Shown: positions 29,932 to 38,883 of the stretch, in pieces
How the letters are laid out: every line of letters begins with the position of its first letter
Position numbering within the stretch: the stretch's first letter is position 1
IMG/VR virus record: IMGVR_UViG_3300046318_000520
Location: 63,704 to 127,703 of that record
DNA from: a virus
Direction: 5' to 3' (one strand)
DNA length: 64,000 nucleotides
Made by a program: the position numbers and the translations under genes
Notes under the pieces: generated by a model
Told to the model about the DNA's origin: nothing
Database searches by the model: none
What the model saw: the letters and a program-made list of their open reading frames with translations, nothing else

Positions 29932-30710
29932 TGGAGGTAGCCGGATTTGAACCGGCGTCCAAACGAGAAGTCAATAAACAAAGAGATGTTACATGCTTAG
30001 TACTGATATCTACTCCGGGATCCCGTATGTAAATAATCTGCACCGTAGTTTTGATCTGTTCATTATGTATATCCCGGCAACATGTGTTACGTTAGTTCAA
30101 AAGAACTCGTACAACTCATGGGAGGAGCGGCATCATCTCCATTCTGTCTTAAAAACAATATGAACTAATCAGTAGGGCTGACCATGTTATGGTCCGATCC
30201 ACCACCTGGTTTTAGCTATCAAGTGTGAAACCAGGAAAGTCCACTTTTATACAAGAGGGCACAGGAAGCATACAGTCAGAACTTTGAGAGTTCAATACTC
30301 TTAACGGTTCGTTTGGCCCAGTGTTTATTACCCTTTTCCCCAACCGCCTATCGTCTGTTTAGGTTCCTGACAATGTATAATAGGAGGGCTGGATGTACGT
30401 TCATGACTTTGGGAGCGTAACTCTTAATATCAATGGGCTAGTGTTTATCCTCCTGTTTTTTTGGACCTCATCTATCCAATGTTCCAGAGATGCCGTTTTG
30501 CCATTTTCTGTTGCCAGGGATAGCTCCCCCGTAGGTTAGGCTGCTACTGCAACCTCACCGAAGATAGAAGCTAAAATAGCTTCACCTTCTGCTACACGAG
30601 AAGACTGTGTCTTGCCGTTTAAAAGTTAGCTCCGTGATTAAAGTGGTTTGAGAACCTTCCCACTGCATGTTTGCTTACCACTCACAAGTCTGTCAAAACC
30701 TGTTACCCCC
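29932..30710 (-). ncRNA. ssrA: tmRNA, oversized (~780 nt)
   Basis: 5' GGGGGTAACAGGTTTTGACAG; 3' GGACGCCGGTTCAAATCCGGCTACCTCCA; G3:U acceptor pair; CTAAGCATGTA; tag frame 30616-30536 ends VAVAA*. Confidence 0.9.
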
Positions 30711-30716
30711 ATATTG

Positions 30717-30968
30717 CTAGTTTAAATCTAATGCTTTAGTCCACTTCTTACAAGAAGCTACAGGATCTTTAACATAGTCTGTTAATTCAGCCATTGCAGC
30801 CAACGGATCTGTAAATGCAATGGATTTACATCCAACACGTACTACGCAGCCTGAAGTAAAAAACTGAATAGTCACTTCATACTGCTGTCTTAATTGATCA
30901 GCTGTAGGAATGTACTGATCTGAATAATCATTTTGTGGTTCTGGAACATGTGATAAATCCGGTCTCAT
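30717..30968 (-). CDS. hypothetical protein
   Basis: 83-aa ORF with GCVVRVGCK motif. Confidence 0.65.
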   Translation of the reverse strand: MRPDLSHVPEPQNDYSDQYIPTADQLRQQYEVTIQFFTSGCVVRVGCKSIAFTDPLAAMAELTDYVKDPVASCKKWTKALDLN

Positions 30969-31010
30969 TGTTTGTTTTTTTTGTGTTATAAATCCTATCT
31001 AAAGTTTAAC

Positions 31011-31346
31011 TTATCCTTTAATGTCTACGTGAATTGTTTTACCTGATAAAACATCCTCTATCAGGTCCTCAATCATCTGACGTTGCTCTGCGTTCAACAG
31101 AGATACTCTATCCACTATTGCCGGTGTGGCAAATGGATCTGACTTGATCTCTACTGATATTCCTTTTCTTACATCGTCATCAAAATGAGGAAAAGTTAGT
31201 ATGTCAGTGATGATCCAGTTTAGCCTGCGGGAATAGTCCTTAAAAATATAAGCACCACGAGTATTTGGTGTGGATCTTATAAAATCTTGCATAAATTCAT
31301 TTGCCATCTTTACATGTTGTATGGCTTGTACAATATTACTGACCAT
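31011..31346 (-). CDS. hypothetical protein
   Basis: 111-aa ORF. Confidence 0.65.
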   Translation of the reverse strand: MVSNIVQAIQHVKMANEFMQDFIRSTPNTRGAYIFKDYSRRLNWIITDILTFPHFDDDVRKGISVEIKSDPFATPAIVDRVSLLNAEQRQMIEDLIEDVLSGKTIHVDIKG

Positions 31347-31650
31347 GAGCTTCAGATTTTACAAGGTCAAGAGCTATTTGGTGTCCAGCTAATGCATCTT
31401 CATGAGATGTATAACGTTTCTGGTACTGATCATGCTCACCACCAAATATCATAGTCTCCCATAATATAGGAGTATCAGATCCTAATGGTGCATGATTAAA
31501 CCCAAGAAATACAGTAGAGACACGAATATCATCGTTTATACGATCTTGCTGAGTGATCTTCATTTCAGCATCTTCATAAAGCTTAAGTGATTCTTGAAGG
31601 GACACCTCGTAAGGTTTTTTGTCCTTGTCTAAAAGATAAAAGTGAGCCAT
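31336..31650 (-). CDS. conserved phage hypothetical protein
   Basis: VSTVFLG...WETMIFGG...RY...A.AGH motif. Confidence 0.7.
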   Translation of the reverse strand: MAHFYLLDKDKKPYEVSLQESLKLYEDAEMKITQQDRINDDIRVSTVFLGFNHAPLGSDTPILWETMIFGGEHDQYQKRYTSHEDALAGHQIALDLVKSEAHGQ

Positions 31651-31757
31651 AGTGTTGTGGTTTTGAGATAAATAAGAGTAACCAGGGCTGGATTCAAACC
31701 AGCGTTCATACTCCATAAGAGGTGCCTATTCTCTTGGCTACCTGGTTATAAGTTTAG

Positions 31758-32366
31758 TTATTTGTATTTTCCCACCCATTGTACTCCTTGGGCGGTGGTG
31801 ATTGTTTTGGGTGATGAGTATGGTACATCATTAGGATAAAATATCTGAGAAGGTGTTAATACATCTTCTTTCTCAAACACTGTTGGGTATTGGTGGATAG
31901 ATTCATACTTTGTCAAAAGTTGACCTATCATCCATACTTCATTTGGATGTTTCTTGTCATGGATTCTACACCAATTAGCAAACTCAAGCATATCCTCCTC
32001 TGTGTACTTATACTTCTCACGAGCTTTGTTGTAACCATTCATAAATGCTAATCTTCTAACAAGGCATTGTTCTTCTGCCCATTCACACATTGGATAATTC
32101 ATTTCAGCCAACTCATCAACACCATCTTCCTGATGTCGGGAATATGGTGGTAGTAAGTCTACACCTTCAAGGAGGGGTGAGCCGTTGAGTGGGAGGTGGG
32201 CAATGATAAGTTTACATACTGATAGATCTGTTAAATAGTCTGGAAACATATTAAGAATACGACCATCTTCTAAGTGCCATCTATCTTTAAAAGGTCTAAC
32301 ATCTCTAATTTTTGAATCATCTACTACCAATAGGTAGTTGTCGGTTTTAATTAGTTTGTGCGTCAT
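31758..32366 (-). CDS. hypothetical protein
   Basis: 202-aa ORF containing YTEEDM motif. Confidence 0.65.
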   Translation of the reverse strand: MTHKLIKTDNYLLVVDDSKIRDVRPFKDRWHLEDGRILNMFPDYLTDLSVCKLIIAHLPLNGSPLLEGVDLLPPYSRHQEDGVDELAEMNYPMCEWAEEQCLVRRLAFMNGYNKAREKYKYTEEDMLEFANWCRIHDKKHPNEVWMIGQLLTKYESIHQYPTVFEKEDVLTPSQIFYPNDVPYSSPKTITTAQGVQWVGKYK

Positions 32367-32596
32367 AATTCTTGGTTTAGAGGTTCTATCCAGCCCAGTC
32401 TGAGCTTGTCTACTGGTGTAAGAGCTGAAGTGTAGTTCATGTAGTTATCCCATTCTTCAGCACAGTGATAAACCACCCGCACTGCTGTAGGGGTGTGATC
32501 TAGGATCTCTTTTACTATACCGTTTTCATACTTAGACTCGTCACATCCTATAAAAGGAACGTAATGTACTTTGTCTCCTGCTTTAAGATGTGTCAT
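32363..32596 (-). CDS. hypothetical protein
   Basis: ATGA-coupled ORF. Confidence 0.65.
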   Translation of the reverse strand: MTHLKAGDKVHYVPFIGCDESKYENGIVKEILDHTPTAVRVVYHCAEEWDNYMNYTSALTPVDKLRLGWIEPLNQEL

Positions 32597-32958
32597 GTGG
32601 TTTTAGGTTTAGATTGTTCTTGATACCAGTTAAGGAATTCCCATATCATTTTTACTACCAATTCTTTTTTTGCACTCATTAATGCATAAAGTAGATTGGT
32701 ATTATGATCCGTTAATGGTCTTGTTTTAGACATGAAGACTATGGGTTTAATCTTCTCAACCACTGTCATTATCCAGTTCCAGTCTGTGTGAAACAGCATA
32801 GACGCTGGTTCAAGAGTCTTACGTATATGCTCTCCAAGCTTTACAGCTTCAGTAGGATGCTCGTAGAAATCAAAGTCTGGGTCATCAGGTGTGAGATTGA
32901 CATACCCTAAGAACTCAGCACACATCTTGTTGTACTCTTTTATATCAAACTGTTTCAT
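32593..32958 (-). CDS. hypothetical protein
   Basis: AEFLG...FHTDWNWIMTVVEKI motif common in Bacteroidetes phages. Confidence 0.7.
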   Translation of the reverse strand: MKQFDIKEYNKMCAEFLGYVNLTPDDPDFDFYEHPTEAVKLGEHIRKTLEPASMLFHTDWNWIMTVVEKIKPIVFMSKTRPLTDHNTNLLYALMSAKKELVVKMIWEFLNWYQEQSKPKTT

Positions 32959-33226
32959 GGTTGTTTGTTTTAGGTTTTATGTCAAAGAACTAAAAAAAGT
33001 GACACTCTAGGTTATCCAGCTTACAAGTGTCGTGGCTGTCCTCTCAGGATGTACGTTGCCATACAGAGCCTCTTTTCTGTCATACAGAGAGAGTGAGGAA
33101 TAGATCGTTGAGAAGTGTTTCCCAGATGATCAACCTGCCGTTATTAAGTAACGGTACTTACCCCTATGGTTATCACACCATTTCTCATCATGTGGGGCAC
33201 ACCATCCGCTGATAAGACGGAACGTG

Positions 33227-33320
33227 AAGTCAGGACAGGGTACGATCCTGTAAGAAGGACTTATTTTCTTTTGCCTCTAACCCATTGGGTATAGCGTTTA
33301 ACCGATTCCGCCACCTGACT
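33227..33320 (-). tRNA. tRNA-like RNA without a canonical anticodon arm
   Basis: Acceptor AGTCAGG/CCTGACT; class-II-like D arm TGGCGGAATCGGTTAAACGC; T arm ACAGG-ATCGTAC-CCTGT. Confidence 0.65.
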
Positions 33321-33380
33321 ATAGGGCCCGATATCCGCGTTTTCATCTCACTCGGGCCATGATGAGCTTCCGACGAGTTG

Positions 33381-33478
33381 CAGCTGAGACAGGATTTGCA
33401 CCTGTACAAGAACCGTTGTTAACCGTCCATGTTCCTACCCCACGGTGAAGAGATGCGTCTACATTCCGCCACTCAGCT
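33381..33478 (-). tRNA. tRNA-like RNA without a canonical anticodon arm
   Basis: Acceptor AGCTGAG/CTCAGCT; D arm TGGCGGAATGTAGACGC; T arm ACAGG-TGCAAAT-CCTGT. Confidence 0.65.
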
Positions 33479-33576
33479 GTTTGAGGATGAGAAGTCCTCT
33501 GTGTTGTGCAAGATGTGTTGCCTTTAAAACACACCCCGACTGTTTCATTCCCTTCTCAGTGGGAACAACACGTAAA

Positions 33577-33695
33577 TGGTTGCAGAGATGGGATTTCAAC
33601 CCATGACCTCCCGGGTATCACCCTGGCGCTCTATTCTCGGAGTAAGGATACCGCGTTATCAGTCCCGGTCCTATTCCTTTCTGAGCTACTCTGCA
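33577..33695 (-). tRNA. tRNA-Ile(GAT)-like RNA with a large D-loop hairpin insertion
   Basis: Acceptor TGCAGAG/CTCTGCA plus encoded ACCA; D stem GCTC/GAGC; loop GTGATAC; T arm ATGGG-TTGAAAT-CCCAT. Confidence 0.7.
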
Positions 33696-33876
33696 TATTC
33701 CATGTTTAACTGGCACACGGTAACCAAGCCTCATCAGAAAGACCTGTGTTGTTCATGGGAGCATGAGCCCCCACCCAGGTATTACGCACTGCTACTTTGC
33801 TGAATAAAATAGAGGGTTTCCCACTTAGCCCTGGTGCAATACCAGGGTTTTTCATACTGTTTACCCTCTTAGATCT

Positions 33877-34209
33877 TTATATGGTGAAGCTTATTTTTTC
33901 CTTACAAGCTTCTATTGTTACTATAGAACTTACGCTGGCATTTTTTGATTCATACCAGGACACAAATTGTAATAAAATTTGTAAATCCATTACTTCAGCA
34001 TAGTCCATAAACATATTTACACCTTTAATATGGTAACCATTACCATCATTAATCATTTGACAAACAACTTCTCCACGGATAGATTTAGACCAGGAATTTC
34101 CTGTCCTGATCAACTTGTATACATCATCAGCATCTTCATTTTCACTGATGTCAATGTTGTAATCATGAGAGTTATCAACAAATACTCTGTACTTTTTTTC
34201 TTTTTTCAT
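33877..34209 (-). CDS. hypothetical protein
   Basis: 110-aa ORF. Confidence 0.65.
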   Translation of the reverse strand: MKKEKKYRVFVDNSHDYNIDISENEDADDVYKLIRTGNSWSKSIRGEVVCQMINDGNGYHIKGVNMFMDYAEVMDLQILLQFVSWYESKNASVSSIVTIEACKEKISFTI

Positions 34210-34481
34210 ATTAGATTTTTATAAAGATTTTACAATCTATCCCAGGGACTACGTTCAGGATCATTATGCAGTTCTAATGAGTATCAACCGTTCGTTTGAC
34301 GGAGCTCAATCATCATGACGTACTACTTAGTTTTAACTGGTCGGGGTGCAAGACAGAAACTTACTTATAGGCTCCTGAGATCAGATTGATGGTTTGTACC
34401 AAGAGCCCAGCAGTCCAATCCAATACCAGCAGCTTTGCAGACTCTGATACGTGAAAAAACCTACTGGGCCTTGGCACTTGA

Positions 34482-34760
34482 TTATTTCAAAAGAGTGGTT
34501 ACCCAACTCTCGTTTTTGCCTCTGCGGGTCCTTTTTATAAGACCCAGGTTAATTAAACTGTCTAACGTTCTTCGTACACTGGACTGGTCCAAGCCACATT
34601 CATCAGACATTTTACTGACGCTCACTGTAGTTTCACCTGTTTCGTTATGAGCATAACTGGCAAGTAAAAGATACAATCCCTTCTCACGGAGCGGAATGTC
34701 AGGGTTCCGCACCACGTTATTACTTACCTGGGTGAACCCATTTTGTAGAAGTGATTTCAT
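34482..34760 (-). CDS. winged-HTH protein (phage replication-initiator-like N-domain)
   Basis: NGFTQVSN...EKGLYLLL...SVRRTLDSLINLGLI; TATATTTG (-7) box just upstream. Confidence 0.7.
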   Translation of the reverse strand: MKSLLQNGFTQVSNNVVRNPDIPLREKGLYLLLASYAHNETGETTVSVSKMSDECGLDQSSVRRTLDSLINLGLIKRTRRGKNESWVTTLLK

Positions 34761-34838
34761 GCGGAAAACAAATATAGAGAACATTTGTAGAACTTGAAAG
34801 AGTAAAAGGGGAATTTTTTTAGAATTCCCCTTAATTTA

Positions 34839-35486
34839 CTATTCACCATCCGTATTAAATAGATTGTTCAACATGTTATCTATGTCAAAATCACCCCCTC
34901 CGCCTCCGCTTGAGACATTTTTGCCATAATAAAAGTTCTTAGACTTGATCATGTTATAATAAGTATCCCATGAATACTGGGAACTTTTTACTAGATCAAT
35001 TCTTTTAAACAACATACCAGGCGTAATAGCGTGATTGTGGTTGTCAGTATCACTTTTTTTGCCATCATCACTGTCATCCTCATCATCAGATGAAGCTAAC
35101 TTGTGCTCTATAAAAAGATCAGCAACACTCATTAAGAAATTAAGCTTGGATTTTATTGCTTTAGGAACATCAGGCCTGTTAAGAGCTATGTATTTACCTA
35201 TAACATCACTGGTAAGATCCTGAAGTTTCATGAATGTCAGCAATGTAAATTCATATTCTAAAGGATTTGTAATAAGACTCAGGGTTCTTGAAAGATCTCC
35301 GGTCACTGTTTTAAACTCACTTGGACAGTCTTCACGGTCCTCATAAAGTTCCATACCTTGCAAAGCATTTGCTATGGTTGAAAAAATAATCTTTTCCCTG
35401 CAACGGTAGAGCTGGTTTTGAGAAAGATTCATGGCTTCATTAAGACTGTCAGCTTGATGATTGATACTAGCGGATTTTAAAAACAT
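34839..35486 (-). CDS. hypothetical protein
   Basis: Likely start MFLKS. Confidence 0.65.
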   Translation of the reverse strand: MFLKSASINHQADSLNEAMNLSQNQLYRCREKIIFSTIANALQGMELYEDREDCPSEFKTVTGDLSRTLSLITNPLEYEFTLLTFMKLQDLTSDVIGKYIALNRPDVPKAIKSKLNFLMSVADLFIEHKLASSDDEDDSDDGKKSDTDNHNHAITPGMLFKRIDLVKSSQYSWDTYYNMIKSKNFYYGKNVSSGGGGGDFDIDNMLNNLFNTDGE

Positions 35487-35496
35487 AATCGTGGTT

Positions 35497-36294
35497 TTAG
35501 AGAGTGTAAAGATTTGAGAAAAATTCTGCAGCGGACTGTGTAGAAGATGCTGCGATGTGAAGAGATGAGATTTCATCTTTGATTTGTGTCATAAACTCTT
35601 TATGATCGTAGTCATTGTAATTACTTCTTACAAAATGAATGAATCCATTAACCAGGTTTTTATACTGGTGACGGTCATATTTTGGAAATAGTGATACAAG
35701 ATCACTTACCATATCAAGCATTTCAACAGCCTGGTCTTCATTTTTGATTTTGAAGCTGCCGTCTTTAATGACACGTAAAGAGCCAAAGACATCAAAGGAA
35801 TTGTGCAGAATACCTGCTATAGAGCAGAATTCCAGATCATAAACATTGTGATAGGACATCAAGCGTTTATAATCAGGCCTGATATAGGACCAGGATTGCA
35901 CATAGTCTGTCAGTTTCCAGGGCTTTGAGCTGTTGTTCAGCATAGCTAAACATTCTATCAACTCTTCTTCTGAACTGATGCTTATTTCTACATATGGAAC
36001 ATCCATGTTATTACGCAAGCATGCATAATATAAATGAGTGCCATCAAGGATGTATGTACCTATAAGTTCAGGAAGATTTAATTTAGAAACGACAACAGGA
36101 CGGATGATACCAAACTTCTTGATAGAATTTGACATCTTAGAGACATGCCCAGGTGAAGGATCACGATTTATACCTTTAAGAAGTTTGAAGCCAGTCTCTG
36201 AATCCTTGGGAAGGAGTTTGACATTAAAAACATTTTTCAGGGCTTGTTTTAAACCTGAATTCTTGCTTTTTATAAAGCTTTGATTTTCTTTCAT
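35497..36294 (-). CDS. ParB/Srx-like N-terminal domain protein
   Basis: INR...PVVV...YILDGTHL...LN...KPW. Confidence 0.7.
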   Translation of the reverse strand: MKENQSFIKSKNSGLKQALKNVFNVKLLPKDSETGFKLLKGINRDPSPGHVSKMSNSIKKFGIIRPVVVSKLNLPELIGTYILDGTHLYYACLRNNMDVPYVEISISSEEELIECLAMLNNSSKPWKLTDYVQSWSYIRPDYKRLMSYHNVYDLEFCSIAGILHNSFDVFGSLRVIKDGSFKIKNEDQAVEMLDMVSDLVSLFPKYDRHQYKNLVNGFIHFVRSNYNDYDHKEFMTQIKDEISSLHIAASSTQSAAEFFSNLYTL

Positions 36295-36577
36295 TTTCAA
36301 TGAATTAGTGTTTATTCAAGAAAGAAATCATAAAAGGAGGCACAGATAGACATCTCACCTCCGGACTTCATGGAAATACTTAATTTTTTATTATAATGAT
36401 GGGCACTATGTATGTCAGATCTATAAGAACAGATATTAAGAACATCTTTATCTTTTCAGACTTGGTACCCACCCAGTTTGTAACAACAACAAGTGTCAGC
36501 ATAGAAATCTTTTTAATGGTTAGAAAATAATGATTAGAACCCCTACGTCTTACGATTTCGGGGTTTCTAACCACAGA

Positions 36578-37423
36578 TTATTTTAGCTTGCTAAATACCT
36601 GATTAACAAGCTGCACAGGTCCAGGTGCATTATTACCTATAATGGCATGATACCCATAGTTATCATGTTCTTCCATTACAGATTCACACATAGGACTGCC
36701 ATAGCCATAATTCATTTCGTACTTCTGTGACAACCATGTGAGAAAAAACGTATGACGATAAGCACCCGTTGTAAATACAGGTGCAAATGTTGTCCAGTTA
36801 AATCTTTCCTGGGCACTTTTTATCCGAACCTGGGTGACGTCATGTTTAAACCCGTCATTATTACGAAATGCTGAAGTACTAAATGTACATAGCCATATCT
36901 CGGTACAGATACCGGCAGTCTCTAATGCATAAATAGTTGGAATGGCAGACTGAGCTATTTTCATGAGCATCTCGTCATCACATCCTGCACTTACACACAT
37001 ATTGATGGCCAGCTTAACTGTTGGCTTAGAGGCGTTTTTACTGGTGATAAAATAAGTATCATCACCACCCACTGCTCTGGATACAGATATACGAGAACCA
37101 AGCTCTTTATACTTGATTTTCTTCTTGTATGTCAGGGCCTGGGTAATAAGCTTTTTATAGCTTTTGTCAGCCATAGTAGTCTTAATACTTTCAGAACACA
37201 GCGTTCTTCCCTTACTGGGATCATTACGTGTACGAAGAAACGTGTCTTTAGAACATTCATTACCATAACGCCAGCTACTGGATGATTCATTCAATATACT
37301 ATTGTAATCAGAATCGTTTGATGAATAAGCTGTTTCAGGAAACTCAGTAGTTGATACGCTCATGAACTCCTTAAGAGAGTCAAGCGTAACATAGAACGTG
37401 TCTTTAATGATTTTTGTCTTCAC
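36578..37423 (-). CDS. putative VWA/CobT-like partner of the adjacent AAA ATPase
   Basis: Directly downstream of the AAA gene; degenerate MIDAS-like NMCVSA; GYGSP. Confidence 0.5.
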   Translation of the reverse strand: MKTKIIKDTFYVTLDSLKEFMSVSTTEFPETAYSSNDSDYNSILNESSSSWRYGNECSKDTFLRTRNDPSKGRTLCSESIKTTMADKSYKKLITQALTYKKKIKYKELGSRISVSRAVGGDDTYFITSKNASKPTVKLAINMCVSAGCDDEMLMKIAQSAIPTIYALETAGICTEIWLCTFSTSAFRNNDGFKHDVTQVRIKSAQERFNWTTFAPVFTTGAYRHTFFLTWLSQKYEMNYGYGSPMCESVMEEHDNYGYHAIIGNNAPGPVQLVNQVFSKLK

Positions 37424-37488
37424 GTTAGTTTTTTTAATGGTTAGAAAAAAAAGAAGGGAGTGTATTGCTACAACTCCCCACTTTGTGT

Positions 37489-38505
37489 TTACACGCCCAC
37501 CGTGGAAATCAATTTATCACGTAGGGTTTCGTCCCAATGTTGTGATGTCATTTCTAACACCTCACGCTTGGTAAAACCATTGCTTAACAGCATGCTTGCA
37601 TCATAAATACTCCTGGTGGAAAACTTTTCTGTTTCCACATGATTCTTCATCCAGTTACGGATTTTCATAAACCAGTTGTAATGATGCTGAGCTATGTTAT
37701 TTTCTACGTTTTGATCATAATCAATCTCCAACCTGCAGAGTTTAAAACGGTCAAGAAATGCCATGTCCTGCATTTCTCTACCCTGATACTCTAATGATCC
37801 TGAACCCCAGGTGTTACCTGCAAGAATGCAATAAAACTCAGGATGTTTAACCGCTACAGGTTTATGTGTGCGGTTAGGTACAGCTATTTGACCAGAACGG
37901 TCAAAAGCTGCGTTTAAGACCACTGCTATACTTGGGCTCATTGCGTCATATTCATCTATGAGAAAGACGCCCCCATTCTCATAAAATCTGAGAAAGGAAG
38001 ATTCCACATAGTTGTTAATATTAGCAAAGCCCGTAAGCTCTGATTTACTAGCTTCTTGATTACAGGAGAAACTCCCATATTCAAGATTCATGGCATCAGC
38101 TGCCTGCTTGGCAAGTGTACTCTTGCCTGAACCGGTGGGTCCTACCACCATGGCCTGACCAAACAATTGCAGAAAGCTTAAAAGCTTTGGCAGTTTGGCA
38201 TGGCATGTTGGATCACTAACAGTGGCCTTGAGTTCTTTGTTTAAGAAGATCTCGGTGCGTTTGCTCTCCATAAAAGAGCTAATGATACCATCACGCTGAA
38301 TGGTCAGGTCAGCTGTGAGCTTATCACAGACCATTTCAGACACTCCGTGCCTGATTTGAACTATTTCCTTTCCAAGGTAGTTCACAACCTCTTTTTGCAG
38401 CATTTCTGCCAGTTTATCGTGTCTTAGTTTGTAAGCCACGAGCTCGTTCACTCTTTCAGTGATTAAAGTTTCTGGAATGCTGATTGAAAACTGTTTCTGT
38501 TCCAT
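37489..38505 (-). CDS. MoxR-superfamily (CobS/NorQ-like) AAA+ ATPase
   Basis: GPTGSGKS, LIDEYD, AGNTWG, AFLDRF, STR. Confidence 0.85.
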   Translation of the reverse strand: MEQKQFSISIPETLITERVNELVAYKLRHDKLAEMLQKEVVNYLGKEIVQIRHGVSEMVCDKLTADLTIQRDGIISSFMESKRTEIFLNKELKATVSDPTCHAKLPKLLSFLQLFGQAMVVGPTGSGKSTLAKQAADAMNLEYGSFSCNQEASKSELTGFANINNYVESSFLRFYENGGVFLIDEYDAMSPSIAVVLNAAFDRSGQIAVPNRTHKPVAVKHPEFYCILAGNTWGSGSLEYQGREMQDMAFLDRFKLCRLEIDYDQNVENNIAQHHYNWFMKIRNWMKNHVETEKFSTRSIYDASMLLSNGFTKREVLEMTSQHWDETLRDKLISTVGV

Positions 38506-38787
38506 TTTGTTCGGTGGGGTTTTTATAATGATTGAAATGTTTACAGAAGAAAAAAGGGGAAGATCCCGTTCCCGTAGTACTGAAGGATCTTCCGCCTCGG
38601 TTAAGTGTTAGGAGACTCCTTGCCTATGGCAGGGTCTCAGATGTGGGTTACTACGTGAGCACTTCGTTGAGAATACTATGTTCCCAATCTTATTGCCACC
38701 CCGTAGGAAGCCGGTAGTCATTCTAACCAGCTATCGTGTCACTCCAGGGCTTGATCCTGGTATGCTTGCCAACGTGACTAAAAACAA

Positions 38788-38883
38788 GATTTATGAGAGC
38801 TTATAAATGAGCTCCTATTAATACTGTATTATATATACTATATATAGTATTATTTACAGCTCAAAAATGAGCTCTCATAAATC
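38788..38883. repeat. 14-bp perfect inverted repeat around an AT-rich palindromic core
   Basis: GATTTATGAGAGCT ... AGCTCTCATAAATC. Confidence 0.8.

Noticed and set aside
33160-33200. Hammerhead-like UGAUGA-GAAA
   Set aside because: Stem II is absent and C3 is missing; kept only as generic structure.
33705-33745. Hammerhead ribozyme (CUGAUGAG on minus strand)
   Set aside because: No GAAA follows the putative stem II.
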